This document shows positions 37,882-50,697 of a stretch of 64,000 bases of DNA, piece by piece. A program made the translations under genes and the position numbers. The stretch spans positions 22,878,001-22,942,000 of the forward strand of contig OZ365112.1 in NCBI GenBank assembly GCA_977030845.1, read 5' to 3'. Each line of letters begins with the position of its first letter. The stretch's first letter is position 1. The notes beneath the pieces are model-generated. The model was not told the origin of the DNA. It made no database searches and saw nothing but the letters and a program-made list of their open reading frames with translations. Source of the DNA: Fimbriosthenelais zetlandica (taxonomy: Eukaryota).

Positions 37882-39621
37882 ATGCCAACACAGTTGGTGA
37901 ACATGGCTTTTTGGAGTGACATTGTGACCATTCTTGCCTTGCTGTTATGTGTGATTCAGTTGGCAGCCTCCCTTAATCTACCATCAGGTATTACTAGAGG
38001 TAAGTCTGATTAAAGGCAGTTGAGGGTCTGAGGGCCACAAGACAATTTAGGTCCCTCTACTTGTTGTATACGATTTTTTGCCTGTCAGTACCCGTCAATG
38101 CAATGGAATTAATTATGTAATATGACTATAAATATGCTGATTGCTTTCTTAAGTGCTACCTAATGCTATTAAAAAATTCTCTCTGCTTTGTTCCATTTCA
38201 TTTTCATTATAAAATCTATTCCCCCAAAACGACAATTTAATACATTTATTGGATTCATATGTAGAAAACTTGTGCCGAACTATATGCAAAATATATGTTT
38301 CAGAGCTCTACTGTGCAAGCTGTGAGGCAGTCACTAAAGGTAAAATATAACCACGCCCAATTGTTAATGAATGGTCTCTAACTCTCTTTATGTAAGAATT
38401 TCGCAAATAACTATATAGACCTATACTGGTCACTCATTATGGGTTCTACACACTGCATTGTATAGGCATATCATTATTAGTTTCCCTCTAAAATACATGA
38501 AGTCTAGGCGTAGGTAATGGTGGGCATATCAGCAATGCATGTATAGGCCTATAAGAACTACACTGCTCTCAGCCATCCAATAGGTGAGCCACACGTGGAA
38601 TAGAAAGATAACAATGAGATCTATTCCCAGGACTGTAGGTCGAGCACCCATTATTAATAATGGTCATTGATTATTTACCACTCCTAGGCAATATTTGTAA
38701 CACTGGGTGGCACATTTTATCAGTCGATTCCACGGTTGACCTATAGCAATTTGTTTTACAATGGATTGGAGTATTTTGCCATATATGATTTAGTGTTCTA
38801 ATATTAATGATATGTACAGGTATGAACCCGGATATAGTTAACTCTTATTTAACTGTTTCGTTGTAGAATTGCATAAACAGCTGCAGTCGAAGACCCCCGG
38901 CTCAGTAGAGGTCCGTGTATCAGATGCCCTGGAGGATATATGTAATACTAAATATTATAAAAATCATGACCATTCACCAACGCATATGGCTCGGGCCTGC
39001 GAGTTTCTCTTAGGTAATTATTGCATTAATATGGTCACTTACATGCGTACTTGGTCTTTTACTAAGTGTAATACTATACAAGTTATATAATACTCTTTCT
39101 CCTGTATATAGCTTGTGAAAATGGTTATGTTGATGGCTGTTTTCTTTCTTGTTCTAGAACAACATGATGAAGATATGGAGCAGCTATTGATTCAAAATAT
39201 CCGAATGAACGAGAGCCAGACGGCTCTAGACAGACGCATATGTCATGTGTTATCTATTGCCTGTGCAGGTCAACGGAAACCAGAAAATAAGAAAGTGGAT
39301 CCACGGGTTGGTATTTAATTCACATTTTGTATCTGCCCATTTAATTTCTGTTACTCGAGGTATATTAGTAACTGCAGGCATGTGATGTAAAAGACTTTAA
39401 ATTTTGTAGCCTACCAGTACCAGTGAAAATGGCGGTTTTTTTTAGCTTCTCGATCTCATTATCCAAACATTTAAGCTTGTGTTCCTAATTAATAACCCTA
39501 GATTTTCATTCTTTTTCAGAAAACTGATGAATATAAGGACTTTAAGGTAGACATCGATGCGAACGCTAAGTACGTGAGACCAGTACCTGAGAGCCGTCCT
39601 CAATCCAAAGATGAGCTGTGA
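37882..39621 (+). CDS. ER-resident saposin B-type protein, Canopy/Seele-like, signal peptide + C-terminal KDEL, about 176-183 aa, 5 exons
   Basis: Exons 37882/37903-37999, 38304-38339, 38867-39013, 39158-39306 and 39520-39621 splice in phase. Signal peptide: MAFWSDIVTILALLLCVIQLAAS. Six Cys in saposin spacing (LYCASCEA, LEDIC, RACEFLLEQHDEDME, RRICHVLSIAC). The protein ends SKDEL*. An ETS motif ACTTCCGG lies at 37741. Confidence 0.85.
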
Positions 39622-41846
39622 TAGGTCCTCCCGTCCAATTTATACACCTCTCTGTTACATCAGATCTTAATCACAAATCATTAACTTTCATCTTGTTGTC
39701 TTTTTCTGAAATGATATATGGTTAGATCTTGGTCTAAGAGATTCGGTCGCATAATCTCTCCAATTATTGTTGAAAATTACTCTCTATCCTCCCGTGCTCT
39801 TGTCCCTTGGCATTATTGTACATTCCACATAGGGCATAGATCCATACAAGACAATACATAAAAGTCAATCTAAAATAATGAAACCGTCCTTTTAAATCCT
39901 CAGTAAAGAACCTTTTTGCTGGCGTAATTTTAATCGCAAGTAATATGAAAAATGAGGTTATATTTCATCTTTGTGGTTTATTAAATGCTGGTACTAAATG
40001 TTGAAGCTGCTGAGTGTCATACCGGTATCTAATATTATGTTTATCTATTATGTATTTTCACCCTGAGATTTGCTGATTCAACTCGCTATTATAATATATG
40101 TTGAAAACATCAAAAAGAGGTATTATCGAAACTTGAGTATTTCCAAGTATTTTGAACTACATGTACAGAAACTTATAGGGATTATCGTCAGTTTGAACTT
40201 TGACATAGCATGCCTTCCTTGTTATGCTATGTCTGTATTTGTATTTGGCTAAAACTCACGAGGAAGCTGAAAAGGTGAATTTCTCCATGAATTGTTTGTA
40301 AAGTTATTGTATAAATGTATTGTTATTAAAGTTATCGGGCTTGTTTAATGGCAACAGATTCGTAACACTGGCCAACGTATCTAATGCACGGCCTTTTTCT
40401 TGGGCCCGTGGTAACAATAATCGTGCCACAGCAAAGGCTTACAAAAGGGCATTTTTTTTTAATCCTTTGTGATAAAAGAGTACAAGAATATTTGTATCTA
40501 GATAGCTTGTATAAATATGGAATAATTCTGATTTTATATGCGATTTGTTAATACATATACTATCCATATTTTTTAAAATTTAATCATTCTGATCATTCCG
40601 ATCATTTTGATTTTTTCTATACGAGGTTAGATTATTTAAATGATAGAACATTCATGTTAGTGAAATAAAATTATGAATTCACATGTTAATTGAGGGTGGC
40701 CTATAATCGTGCCTGTATACACCACATTCACTCTAAAATTATTTTGATTTGGATTTTGACGTGTTTGATTAAGAATTAGGAAACAGTTGCACAGAATGTA
40801 CCGGGTACGGCTTTGGATTGACTGACTCTGTGAATCCTATCGGCATAGCTTTCATATAATGGTCATTCGAAACTCATTGCACTGATATATATGCTGTGAT
40901 TGAATAAAGGCTTTATCAAACTATACCATATTAGTTCTACCTTACTTTCAAGTGGTGTTTCTTGTCCCGATTCTGCATCTAATCGGCATCTATTAGTAGC
41001 TATATGATACACGACACGTGACTCAGATAAAGGGAGGGATCATCTCCCACTAATCCTCACCAAGGATTATTATCACATGATCTCCCCTGATGACCTCGCC
41101 CATTCTACCCGCTCATTAATCCATGGTCACACGGCCCAGTCACCATGAGTAGATTACTGTGATTACATTACTTTCCCTGCCATGACACCCAAATAGTCAT
41201 TTAAGGTATAGAACATATTGTTGCTTTAATATGGATATAATGTATGTTAAGTTAAAGCATTTATTCAGAAAGGTAATTGTCGCAATCATGCTTCTTTGGT
41301 TGCGCATGATACTTCACATGCCCACTGCCTTTGACCTCCAGGCAAGCCCCTGCCCTCTTCAATCCACCCACCCACCTACACCCACCCATCTATATATCCA
41401 CCCATCAATCCAGCTCATCCAACTGAACTACTCCTCCACATCTTATTTAGTATTCACAGCCTGGACAGGTGAGGATCTGACCCTTGAATGGTCAGTGGTT
41501 GTCAGTTTAGCCTCGGGACATCTTCATCTCATGTGAGGCCCTCTTCATCTCTTATAGCTACTACACTCTATACACTCTCAACATTGTATTCCTCAACATA
41601 GGACACACTCAAGCAGCCATAAAACTAATCTGGATTTAATTTTTACCAAATTAATTCTAGAACAAATTGCAGGTTAGTGATCTTCTTTAAAATGAGTTCT
41701 AATGAAGGTGCTTTTTTTCATTTAGTTATTTCACTTTGGAATATCTCGAACTCTCGATCAGTTGATGAAATGAGGTCCGTGGGTTCTGTTAAGTAACTTT
41801 CATATAACAATTTAACTTGGACAGTGGACAGGATAATTGAGGAGAA

Positions 41847-42488
41847 ATGGCTCAGGTACAGGAGACGCCAGAATTATCAGAGGCGGAGCTTCTCGCCATC
41901 AATGTGGAAGCTTATAAACGACAACTCACCATGACCAGAATCAACGTCTCTGAGTCTATCAAAGAGTGAGTGTTTTCTTTTGTGATACAATAAGAATTGT
42001 TATCAACAAAATTGATATCAGCAACATCTTAAATTTTGTGATGATTCTACTGTTTATGTAACAAACTTTCTTTACCGGGAGAATTTTGTTTCGGTATGTA
42101 TATGAGTGTGATTAGATCTCTGATTCTGTGCACCCCTTTGTAGGGGTGTATACTCCAAAATAATATTTCAGTGAAGTCAACTCAACTTATTATAAACAAT
42201 ATAATGTCATATAGTGTTGAATATCTGCCAATGAACATCGACCTACTTCTTGTTCCTGATCTGAATAATGTTAGCAGCCATTTAACTTGTGTAGGCCTAC
42301 TGGGTAACTCAAATAATTACAGACAGGTGACATGTATTAATATTAATATTTCGTGTTATAACTGTCTCCATTGCAGGATTATGGATTTCGTTGAAGCCAA
42401 CCGGAAAGATGACCATCTCGTCAATCCAGACCATCCCCCAGCTAAACAAAACCCTTGGCTCGAGAAAAAAGGCTGCACCATAATTTAG
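41847..42488 (+). CDS. Heterotrimeric G-protein gamma subunit, NPW-type (GNG13 / insect G-gamma-e like), 76 aa, 2 exons
   Basis: Exons 41847-41965 and 42377-42488 give MAQVQETPELSEAELLAINVEAYKRQLTMTRINVSESIKEIMDFVEANRKDDHLVNPDHPPAKQNPWLEKKGCTII*, with the GGL domain pattern and CAAX box CTII. Confidence 0.9.
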
Positions 42489-43321
42489 AATTTATAAAAG
42501 TTAGGCCTACTAACGTACCATCTCCACATTTAACCATGCATCCAAGAGACTATAATATTAATAACTTTCTCTTTCATATTACAATTCGGTGATAATTAAC
42601 ATAATTTTAGTATTGACAGATTTATAGATGCCGACTTAAAATGAAAATAAATGTAATAGCCCAGCCAATAATAATTATGAGGCAAACCTTAATGACCTTC
42701 TGTCAAATGTCTTATCTGTAATGCATTTCAAATAAATAAAAAAGGAAGATGACCATCTATCACCATCACTCTCATTTTTATTAGCTTTGATTTTAATTCT
42801 AGAAAGTGGAATTAATGGATGGAATTTCGCAAATTGAAAGTCGATAAAATCCCGAGTTCAAGTCCCGGTAGGGGCTGTTCTTTTTCTTCCCAACCAGGTG
42901 GGTTGCAAAAGGGACATGGACTAGACATAGTGTACCGGTAATAGGACATAAAATAATCTGATTGAGATAATATTTTCAGTTTATTTGTGTAAACACCGTC
43001 TATAAGAGCCCCATTGTCTATGACTGTGACTGTCCCTTCCACAGTGCTGTGGCGGGAGATGTCCGGTGCTGCCACCATCGCCCGTAGTTTGAACTAAATA
43101 AGGTCTAACTCTAACATCGGTGATTAAAACGTGTATAAAAACTCATAGCTTATGGAAAAAATTGACCTTACCTTCCATTTATCCTCTAATAGAGTATAAA
43201 ATAATATTATTTATGCAATAAAATCAAGTATTTAGACCTATTCGGTGTTTTATAAAAAACAAAAATAACTAAATATAATATTCGTTGTTGTGAGACCTAA
43301 ATGAAGCCGCATTCCTCACTA

Positions 43322-43364
43322 ACTTCCGGTTGAGCATTTGTTTTGGTCGGTAACCTGTCGCAAC
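43322..43364 (+). promoter_or_regulatory. TTC30 proximal promoter: ETS motif and RFX X-box-like site
   Basis: ACTTCCGG lies at 43322-43329. GTAACC-TGT-CGCAAC (43350-43364) is one mismatch from GTNRCC(N0-3)RGYAAC and ends 55 bp upstream of the ATG. Confidence 0.5.
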
Positions 43365-43419
43365 TCCACTTGAAACTTGATTTTCTGCTTCATACTCAAC
43401 GAAGCGTCAGATTTTCACG

Positions 43420-46400
43420 ATGGCAGCGATACAAATGAAAGAAGGGGAGGTTACCTCTACTATTTATGGCATGGTAAGTCGTTAATATTCCTTTTTATTC
43501 AGCTTGTCCACTGTTCATCTTGGCCTGCTCAGTGCTCGGCTGACAAGACCTGCCTGAATGTGCCTGAGCGACTCAGCCCACAGCCTGGCTGAGGCCTGAT
43601 TGTAGTACCGTATAGCCCTGCCCCTGCCCTGGCCCATTTCTATGGGTTACTTCTGTTCTGAGTGCCTGTTTGTGCCATGAAATACTAGCTGTCCAAATTA
43701 ATTAGTACGTACTGACACTATACTACTGTATAATAGGAAATTATAGAGATTATAGTAGCCTGTAGTGTAGCCTAGGCCTAGGGCTAGTATAGCCAGGCTA
43801 TAATGTATCTAGCTATATAATTATATAGTTTTCCTATCCTATGGGTTTATATAATATTGTTCATCCTATCCTTTTATTCCAGATCAAAGATCAACGACAC
43901 ACAGAGGCAATTCAAGTTCTCAATAATGTGGTCCAAACATATAATAAGGTACAATCTTTTTATTACCTTAAGTATTAAAATATTCCTTTATGCTGATTGT
44001 GCTTGATTTCATGAGTGGCATAAGCTATGATTATGAACACAATATTTCTGCTTATTTCTAGTCCCGGGCAGCGCTGTCATTGCTGGGTTACTGCTACTAC
44101 CAGATCCAGGACTTTGTTAATGCTGCTGACTGCTATGAACAACTGGCTGCTAATAATCCTGAGGTGGAGGACTACCGTCTTTACTACGCCCAGTCACTCT
44201 ACAAAGCCTGTCTTTATGAAGAGGCCATGAAGGTCTCCTGTCAGATAGACAACCCTAACTATAGTGCTAGGGTCAGTATACAATTTATCTTGTAAATTTT
44301 CGAAAAATTGAACTTAGTTCTGGTAGAACTCTACGGAACTTGAGATATTGGATATTTTGACTAAAAAGACCTTTTTGTAAATTATATTTTGACAGATCGT
44401 GAAGCTTCAAGCCGCCATAAAATACGGTGAGGAAGACATAGCTGGTGCACAAAGTCTGGTCGAGTCGTGTCCAGTTGACGACCCTGATACTGAAGTTAAC
44501 TTGGGCTGTCTTCTCTTTAAGGTAATGTCTAAATAGTTATTTTTATGCCTTTAATGCCTATAGCATTGGTTTATCTATTCTCTAAATTATGTTATTGATT
44601 CCAGGAGGGGCGGTATGAAGAAGCTTGTCACAAGTTCACCACAGCCATGCAGATTCTGGGTTATAAGCCTGACCTCTCTTACAATATCGCCCTCTGTCAC
44701 TACATGCTGAAACAATACGCCCCAGCCCTCAAACACATAGCTGACATCATTGAGAAGGGAATCAGAGAACATCCAGGTACATTTATTAATTTATAAAAAA
44801 AAACCCTCGAAATTCAAATCTAACAATGCATTCCAAACTTCCCAAAATTGTATTATTTATTTGAATATCTCAAAAGATGATTTCTTATCAAATGATAGAG
44901 ATGTACTTTAAATTTATAATATATGTTTCCCTTTCAGAGCTGAGTGTTGGCATGACAACAGAGGGTATTGATGTGCGTAGTGTAGGTAACACGATGGTTC
45001 TTCACGAGACGGCCCTCATTGAGGCATTCAATCTCAAGGCAGCTATAGAGTACCAACTCAAAAACCGTGAGTTGATATTTTGCTTCTTAGAGCTTCTTAG
45101 AACAAACATTTCTGCTTTGTTGAGAGATGAATTACAAAACTATTTTGGGAAATAACTAGGCTTTTGCTCAGAAATATTTAATAAAGTTAATGGCCTAGAA
45201 TAACACAAATGCTGTGATAGGATCCTATAGGTTGTTTATGATGGATTGATGCCATTCCCTTTTCCCCTCTTACCCATTGTCCACTTTAATACTTGCCCCA
45301 CAATCACTAAGTGTTTATTAATATTATTTCTCTTTTTGGCTGTGTACACTAGAGAAGCGACAAATATGTAACAATAGGGGCGTTTAAAATATTTTGTACT
45401 GCTTTTTAGTCCTTGTCTAATATTGTATAGGCAATTACATAACAATGCGTAGAACGCATATATGACATATATGCATAATTTTGGATTCATCCTAACCGCC
45501 TGGACCACTAGCAGCTACGATCCACTTTATTATTTATTTCAAAAAAGTAAATTTATACTCTAACACTTGTTGTTTACTCCAAAATATCCTCCATTTTCGG
45601 GAAATTCCTTCCAAAAATGTTCCAGGATTTCGTCGTTTCCTTTGTCCATTCTCACTACCCCTGTTAGTTACCTGATACCAATGTGATTCTACCCTTTCCA
45701 GTGCCGTACATGTATCTGATTCATGACCGTAAGTGGATGTTGGCTACTCCTTGCTTTGTCAACTAACAATGTTTGCCTTGAAGTGTCATACTTGCCCCTT
45801 AAAACTAACCAACCAATCTAATTTCTTACGGTTTACATTGAATTTTAGGGGATTTGAATGTAAATAATTGGTGTAATATACATGTATATGAATTTTAAGT
45901 TCGTTAGGTGTCTATGTTGAGAAAAATAAAAAAATTAACATTTATTTTTAAGGTGTCCAACTCGTCAGAGCACTATTTTCATTAAGGTTCAGATTGGGTA
46001 TGTTTCATTAGTTGATAGTGATTTACGGTTTATTGTAGATGAGGCTGCATGTGAAGCCCTGACTGACATGCCGCCCAGAGCTGAAGAAGAACTTGATGCT
46101 GTCACCCTGCACAACCAGGCTCTGATGAACATGGAATCTAACCCAACTAACGGCTTTGAAAAACTACAGTTCTTACTGCAGCAAAACCCCTTCCCTCCAG
46201 AAACCTTTGGCAATCTCTTACTGCTCTACATCAAATATGAGGTGAGAAATTTCTGACTGGTTCCCCACTAGAACACCAATCAACTACAATATTAATTTGG
46301 CTTATTTTGTGTCCTGTTTGTTATCTGAATTTAATGAATTTAACCGTTATTGTCTATTACAGTACTATGACCTGGCAGCTGATGTTTTGGCTGAGAATGC

Positions 46401-48128
46401 CCACCTCACTTACAAGTACCTAACTCCTGTGAGTAGTCTTATCTAAACTCTACTTTCCCTCATAGAAGTAATTCATATCTTCAGCCAAATATTCTGCAAT
46501 TGTTTGTTCGATAATTGATGATTGCCTTTGTTCTGTTCACTTTGATATACCTGTTGTCTTGTCTTCAGTATCTCTATGACTTCATGGAAGCTGTGATCAC
46601 CAGGCAGACGTCACCAGAAGAGGCGTACCGTAAGCTGGATGAGATGGCCTCCAAACAGACAGAAACTTTACGTAAATTAACCAAACAGGTACAGGAGGCC
46701 CGGGAAAACCACGACGATGACACGGTGAAGAGAGTGGTCACCGAGTATGATGAGGCACTGGAGAGGTACACTTTAACTCACTCATTTACAGGCTTTTCAA
46801 GATTTAAAAATAGCCCTTTTAAGGATTTATTTCCCTTCAAAGAAGGGCAAATTAAGATTGAACGAAAAAAAGGAAAATTCCTTATATATCGTAATTTCTT
46901 TGGTCATATTTCACCTTTGTTTTATAGGTACATTCCGGTACTCATGCAGCAAGCTAAGATCTACTGGGATCTTGAGAACTATGCTCAGGTGGAGAAAATC
47001 TTCCGCAAATCCGTGGAGTTCTGTAATGAACATGACGTGTGGAAACTCAATGTGGCGCACGTTCTCTTCATGCAGGAGAACAAGTTCAAGGAAGCCACAG
47101 GTTTCTATGAGCCCATAGTCAAGAAACATTATGACAATGTATGTATAGTAACTTTCCACATATTTTATCAATTTTTGTTCACTAATTTACTCATACTATT
47201 TTGTGTACATTGCATTAATATTTTTGGTTCTATTAATTTCCCCATAGTTTTATTTATCATAATTTGTATCTGTTCTTTCAGATCCTGAGCGTCAGCGCCA
47301 TCGTCCTTGCTAATCTCTGTGTATCCTACATCATGACTAGTCAAAACGAAGAGGTACTTGAATTTATTTGAATGATACTCCCTTATACTCATTATCCAAT
47401 TGCAAAACTTAAGCTTTTTTTTTCTTGCCCTATATCATCTCCGGTTATAAAATCCTGAGAAACATTAAGGGATATACTTTTATATCTTAGGCAGAAGAAT
47501 TGATGAGGAAAATAGAAAAAGAGGAGGAACAGGTGGCCTATGACGATCCGGACAAGAAGATCTACCATTTATGTATAGTTAATCTTGTGATAGGGTAAGT
47601 TATCATACGTTGTGCCATACAATATAATCAATTTTTAAAAAGTCATTGATTAAGTCGTTTTCTGTATCCCAACAATCATTGAGATCCCTTTTCCTCTTTC
47701 AGAACCTTGTACTGTGCCAAGGGTAACTATGAGTTTGGCATATCTCGTGTCATCAAGTCTCTGGAGCCGTACCAGAAGAAGCTGGGTACTGACACCTGGT
47801 TCTACGCCAAGCGTAACTTCTTATCTCTCATAGAAAACATGGCTAAACACATGATCATGTTACGTGACTCCGTCCTCCAGGAGTGCATACAGTTCCTGGA
47901 ACACTGCGAACGTGAGTACCGCTACTTATTTCATATCAATGCTACATAATAATTTTGAAATTTATGCTAAGATTAAACTTTTTTTTATCTCATTTTGCTA
48001 TAGTGTATGGACGAGATGAAAAGGCTGTCGTAGAACAACCACTAGAAGAGGAGCTCATTCACCCCGGCAAGAACACTGTCACTTACGAGGCACGTCTGCT
48101 GAAGTCTCTACTTCAAGAACTGGTTTAA
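43420..48128 (+). CDS. TTC30: Tetratricopeptide repeat protein 30 / IFT70 (fleer/DYF-1), IFT-B subunit, 647 aa, 14 exons
   Basis: Exons: 43420-43473, 43883-43948, 44062-44271, 44396-44521, 44605-44776, 44938-45066, 46039-46241, 46363-46428, 46569-46765, 46928-47138, 47282-47353, 47491-47594, 47703-47911, 48004-48128 (1944 nt, in phase). Hallmarks: SRAALSLLGYCYY, GIREHPELSVG, ALTDMPPRAEEELDAVTLHNQAL, LYCAKGNYEFGISRVIKSLEPY, KNTVTYEARLLK. Confidence 0.96.
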
Positions 48129-48645
48129 AATCTCCACACTAATATTTATGTCCTTATCTGTTGTACGTTTTGTTAAAATTGCTAGAATATAATTAAATTC
48201 AGTGCATAAGCAAATTACTGTCATTGAGTCCGTCCGAAACAATTGCTACCTACGACTTTATTATTTGAACCTTCAAAGTGATGGGGTTTTCTGAATAGTT
48301 GTCTTTGAAATTGTATTCATTATAAATTTATATAGCAAAATATAAATTTAGTTTTACGACGACTAAGTACTGTGTTCAGTGATAAAACGCATTATTTTAC
48401 ACTACAGTATTTTATTATCTCCGAATATTACAGATTTCAAAATATCACATTTTTGCAATACCGTATATATTACATAGAATCGTGCGTACAATGGACGGAT
48501 ATTTTAGCATACTTTCTACTCGCAAATATACAAGAACTGGCTTTCAAGATAACCAGTAGATTCAAATACATTCCATTTTGGGGGATAAAAACAATTACAA
48601 GTCCTATAGAAGAAAACTTTTTGAGTCCATTTTGTCCCCGGTTGT

Positions 48646-50262
48646 CTAAGACAAACTTTTGAAATGTTCCACTTTCTCCTTGTACATTTTCTGGAACTGT
48701 TGGGCGAGATAGAGGAAAGGCTGATCCACGTTCTGCATGTCTTTCTGCAATACAAGATTTTGTTTGAATTAGAAAAATAAAGCCTGAATGGATCAGTGAA
48801 ATAATGTGTTAATAATGTCTGAAAACAAATAATCGGATAAAGAGAGATATTAGGACGCGAGACAAAATGAAAAATGAGTTTAATAGGTGAACTCCTACTT
48901 ACTGCTGACACCTCAAAGTATTCTAAACCATTACTCGATGCGAAATCTTCAGCTTCTTTTGCTGTAACAGCCCGTCTTTCAGAGAGGTCGATTTTGTTCC
49001 CAACAAGGGCACCTGTGTAAAAAAAAAATCATTACAATCATCCGTTTCTTAAAGGCAAGCTCTCAATTATATCAATGACTTTGGGAATCCATAATCGGAA
49101 AATGTTGGAAAGAAGCATAATAAGGAGTATTATTTGTGCAGTTACATTTGCTTTAAGAAAAAAGTAAGTAATGTGTGGATTACCTGGAAAGGGAACTTCA
49201 GGTTTCTGTGATCTCACACGTTCTAACCATTTGGCGCTACTGTGGAATGAAGTTTGACTCGTGACATCAAAAACCACCATAACTACTGAAGGGTGATTCC
49301 ACTGAAACATTAATAGGAAAGTGTGTACACTTTGGATTATGTAATGATTTAAAATTCGAATACCTGTTTTTTTTTTTATTAATTAGAACTTCTTGTTGCA
49401 AAAGATTCACTTCATCCAAAATTAACCTACCATTTTTTGGACAAAGTCTGAATATATTTCCTTTCCCGAGGAGTCGTAGATAAATAATTCCTGGAATAAC
49501 ATGAGAATATTCCATATAAATATATCTATTAAACTTAAATTTAAAGAAGAGAAAATTGGATTCATGAATGATGAATTGATGGGATTATAATATAGAATAG
49601 AGGGAGAAACTTACAACACTGTCATTTGTTTCTGGTACGCTGACTTGTTTTGTAAGCAGCTCTGCACCACAAGTCTGAAAATGTGAAAATAATTAATATT
49701 TTACCACCAGAAATATTTTCGAAACTCCATGCAGCTATTACCTTTTTAGATGTCTACTTTATTATATTACTGAACAAGTATAGGATATCAGAGGTTACTT
49801 ACCATGGTATAATTCTTTGGAAAATGTGTCCCATCACTGTGAAAAACCTGCGTTATGGCACTTTTTCCACAAGTGGAATCTCCTACAAAAAGAATTTTAA
49901 TTTTAATATTTTATCAAACCTCTGCCCTGGGCATGGCTGGAGTAGAGTAGTAGGCCTATTAATATGGTACTATTATTACTAATAAGCCACAATGTTTGGA
50001 CATGATATGAAATGATGAAACTAGTGGAACACGAGAAATCCTAAAGCCATAATTAAGTCTGTCTACCCTAGTGGGCCTATTAAAGGAGCCAATCTCAAGT
50101 CATGGCAAAAATGATCAAAAATGTGAGGACGCTTTGATGGGCGATAATACAGAAGTTGGCTATTTATGAAGAAGATAAACCTTGTTTTTGCATATTAGAG
50201 ATATAATTTGATAAAAATAACTTACCCACTACAATGCAATTTGCTCTGAGTATCGTAGGCAT
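48646..50262 (-). CDS. IFT27: Intraflagellar transport protein 27 (RABL4), Rab-like GTPase, IFT-B subunit, 187 aa, 7 exons
   Basis: Exons 50262-50226, 49882-49803, 49674-49615, 49490-49431, 49301-49184, 49012-48903 and 48744-48646 (564 nt). G1 GDSTCGKS, FHSDGTHFPKNYTMT, G3 DSSGKE (no catalytic Gln, as in IFT27), G4 GNKID, G5 EVSAK. No C-terminal prenylation motif. Confidence 0.94.
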
Positions 50263-50697
50263 GTTGGGTTTCACCGATCTTATGGCAGAACACTCTCCTT
50301 GCACTCGATTATTCTATAATTTTGTCTTTGTTGTCTGCTGTCGCTAAAGGCATGTGGCGTTCAGCACTGACGAATTTCCTGTCATCTGATTGGTCCCGAA
50401 TGTTTCCCCCAAAATCGATGTAACACATGTCGGGAAATCGTAACTCCTTGCACTGTAAAGTACTCTAAATGGTAAACTGATGATGTTTTCAAACGATTAC
50501 TTGCAGATTTTCACCTAAAAAGGTTGGAAGAAGCTTATAAAATCGTATGACAGATGACCGGAAGTAGCTGTGCACCTTTCACTCCTCCCCTGACAGGAGA
50601 GTTACACCGGAAGTAGGTCATTCACCATGAAAACAATGAGGCTGACAACTACATCAACCCTCGGAAAATGTTTGAAGAATTTGAATTCCCTACCAGG
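50263..50697. promoter_or_regulatory. Probable bidirectional promoter shared by IFT27 (-) and the ankyrin/SOCS-box gene (+), with a non-coding first exon
   Basis: Tandem ACCGGAAGT ETS sites lie at 50557-50565 and 50606-50614. A consensus plus-strand donor CAGG|GTGAGT lies at 50697/50698. Confidence 0.5.

Noticed and set aside
42851-42868. tRNA gene or SINE from B-box-like GAGTTCAAGTCC
   Set aside because: There is no A-box, acceptor stem or cloverleaf; at most a decayed fragment.
50080-50225. Kolobok-like element starting TTAA|AGGAGCC in IFT27 intron 1
   Set aside because: No matching other end or TSD was found; too short to support without a database search.
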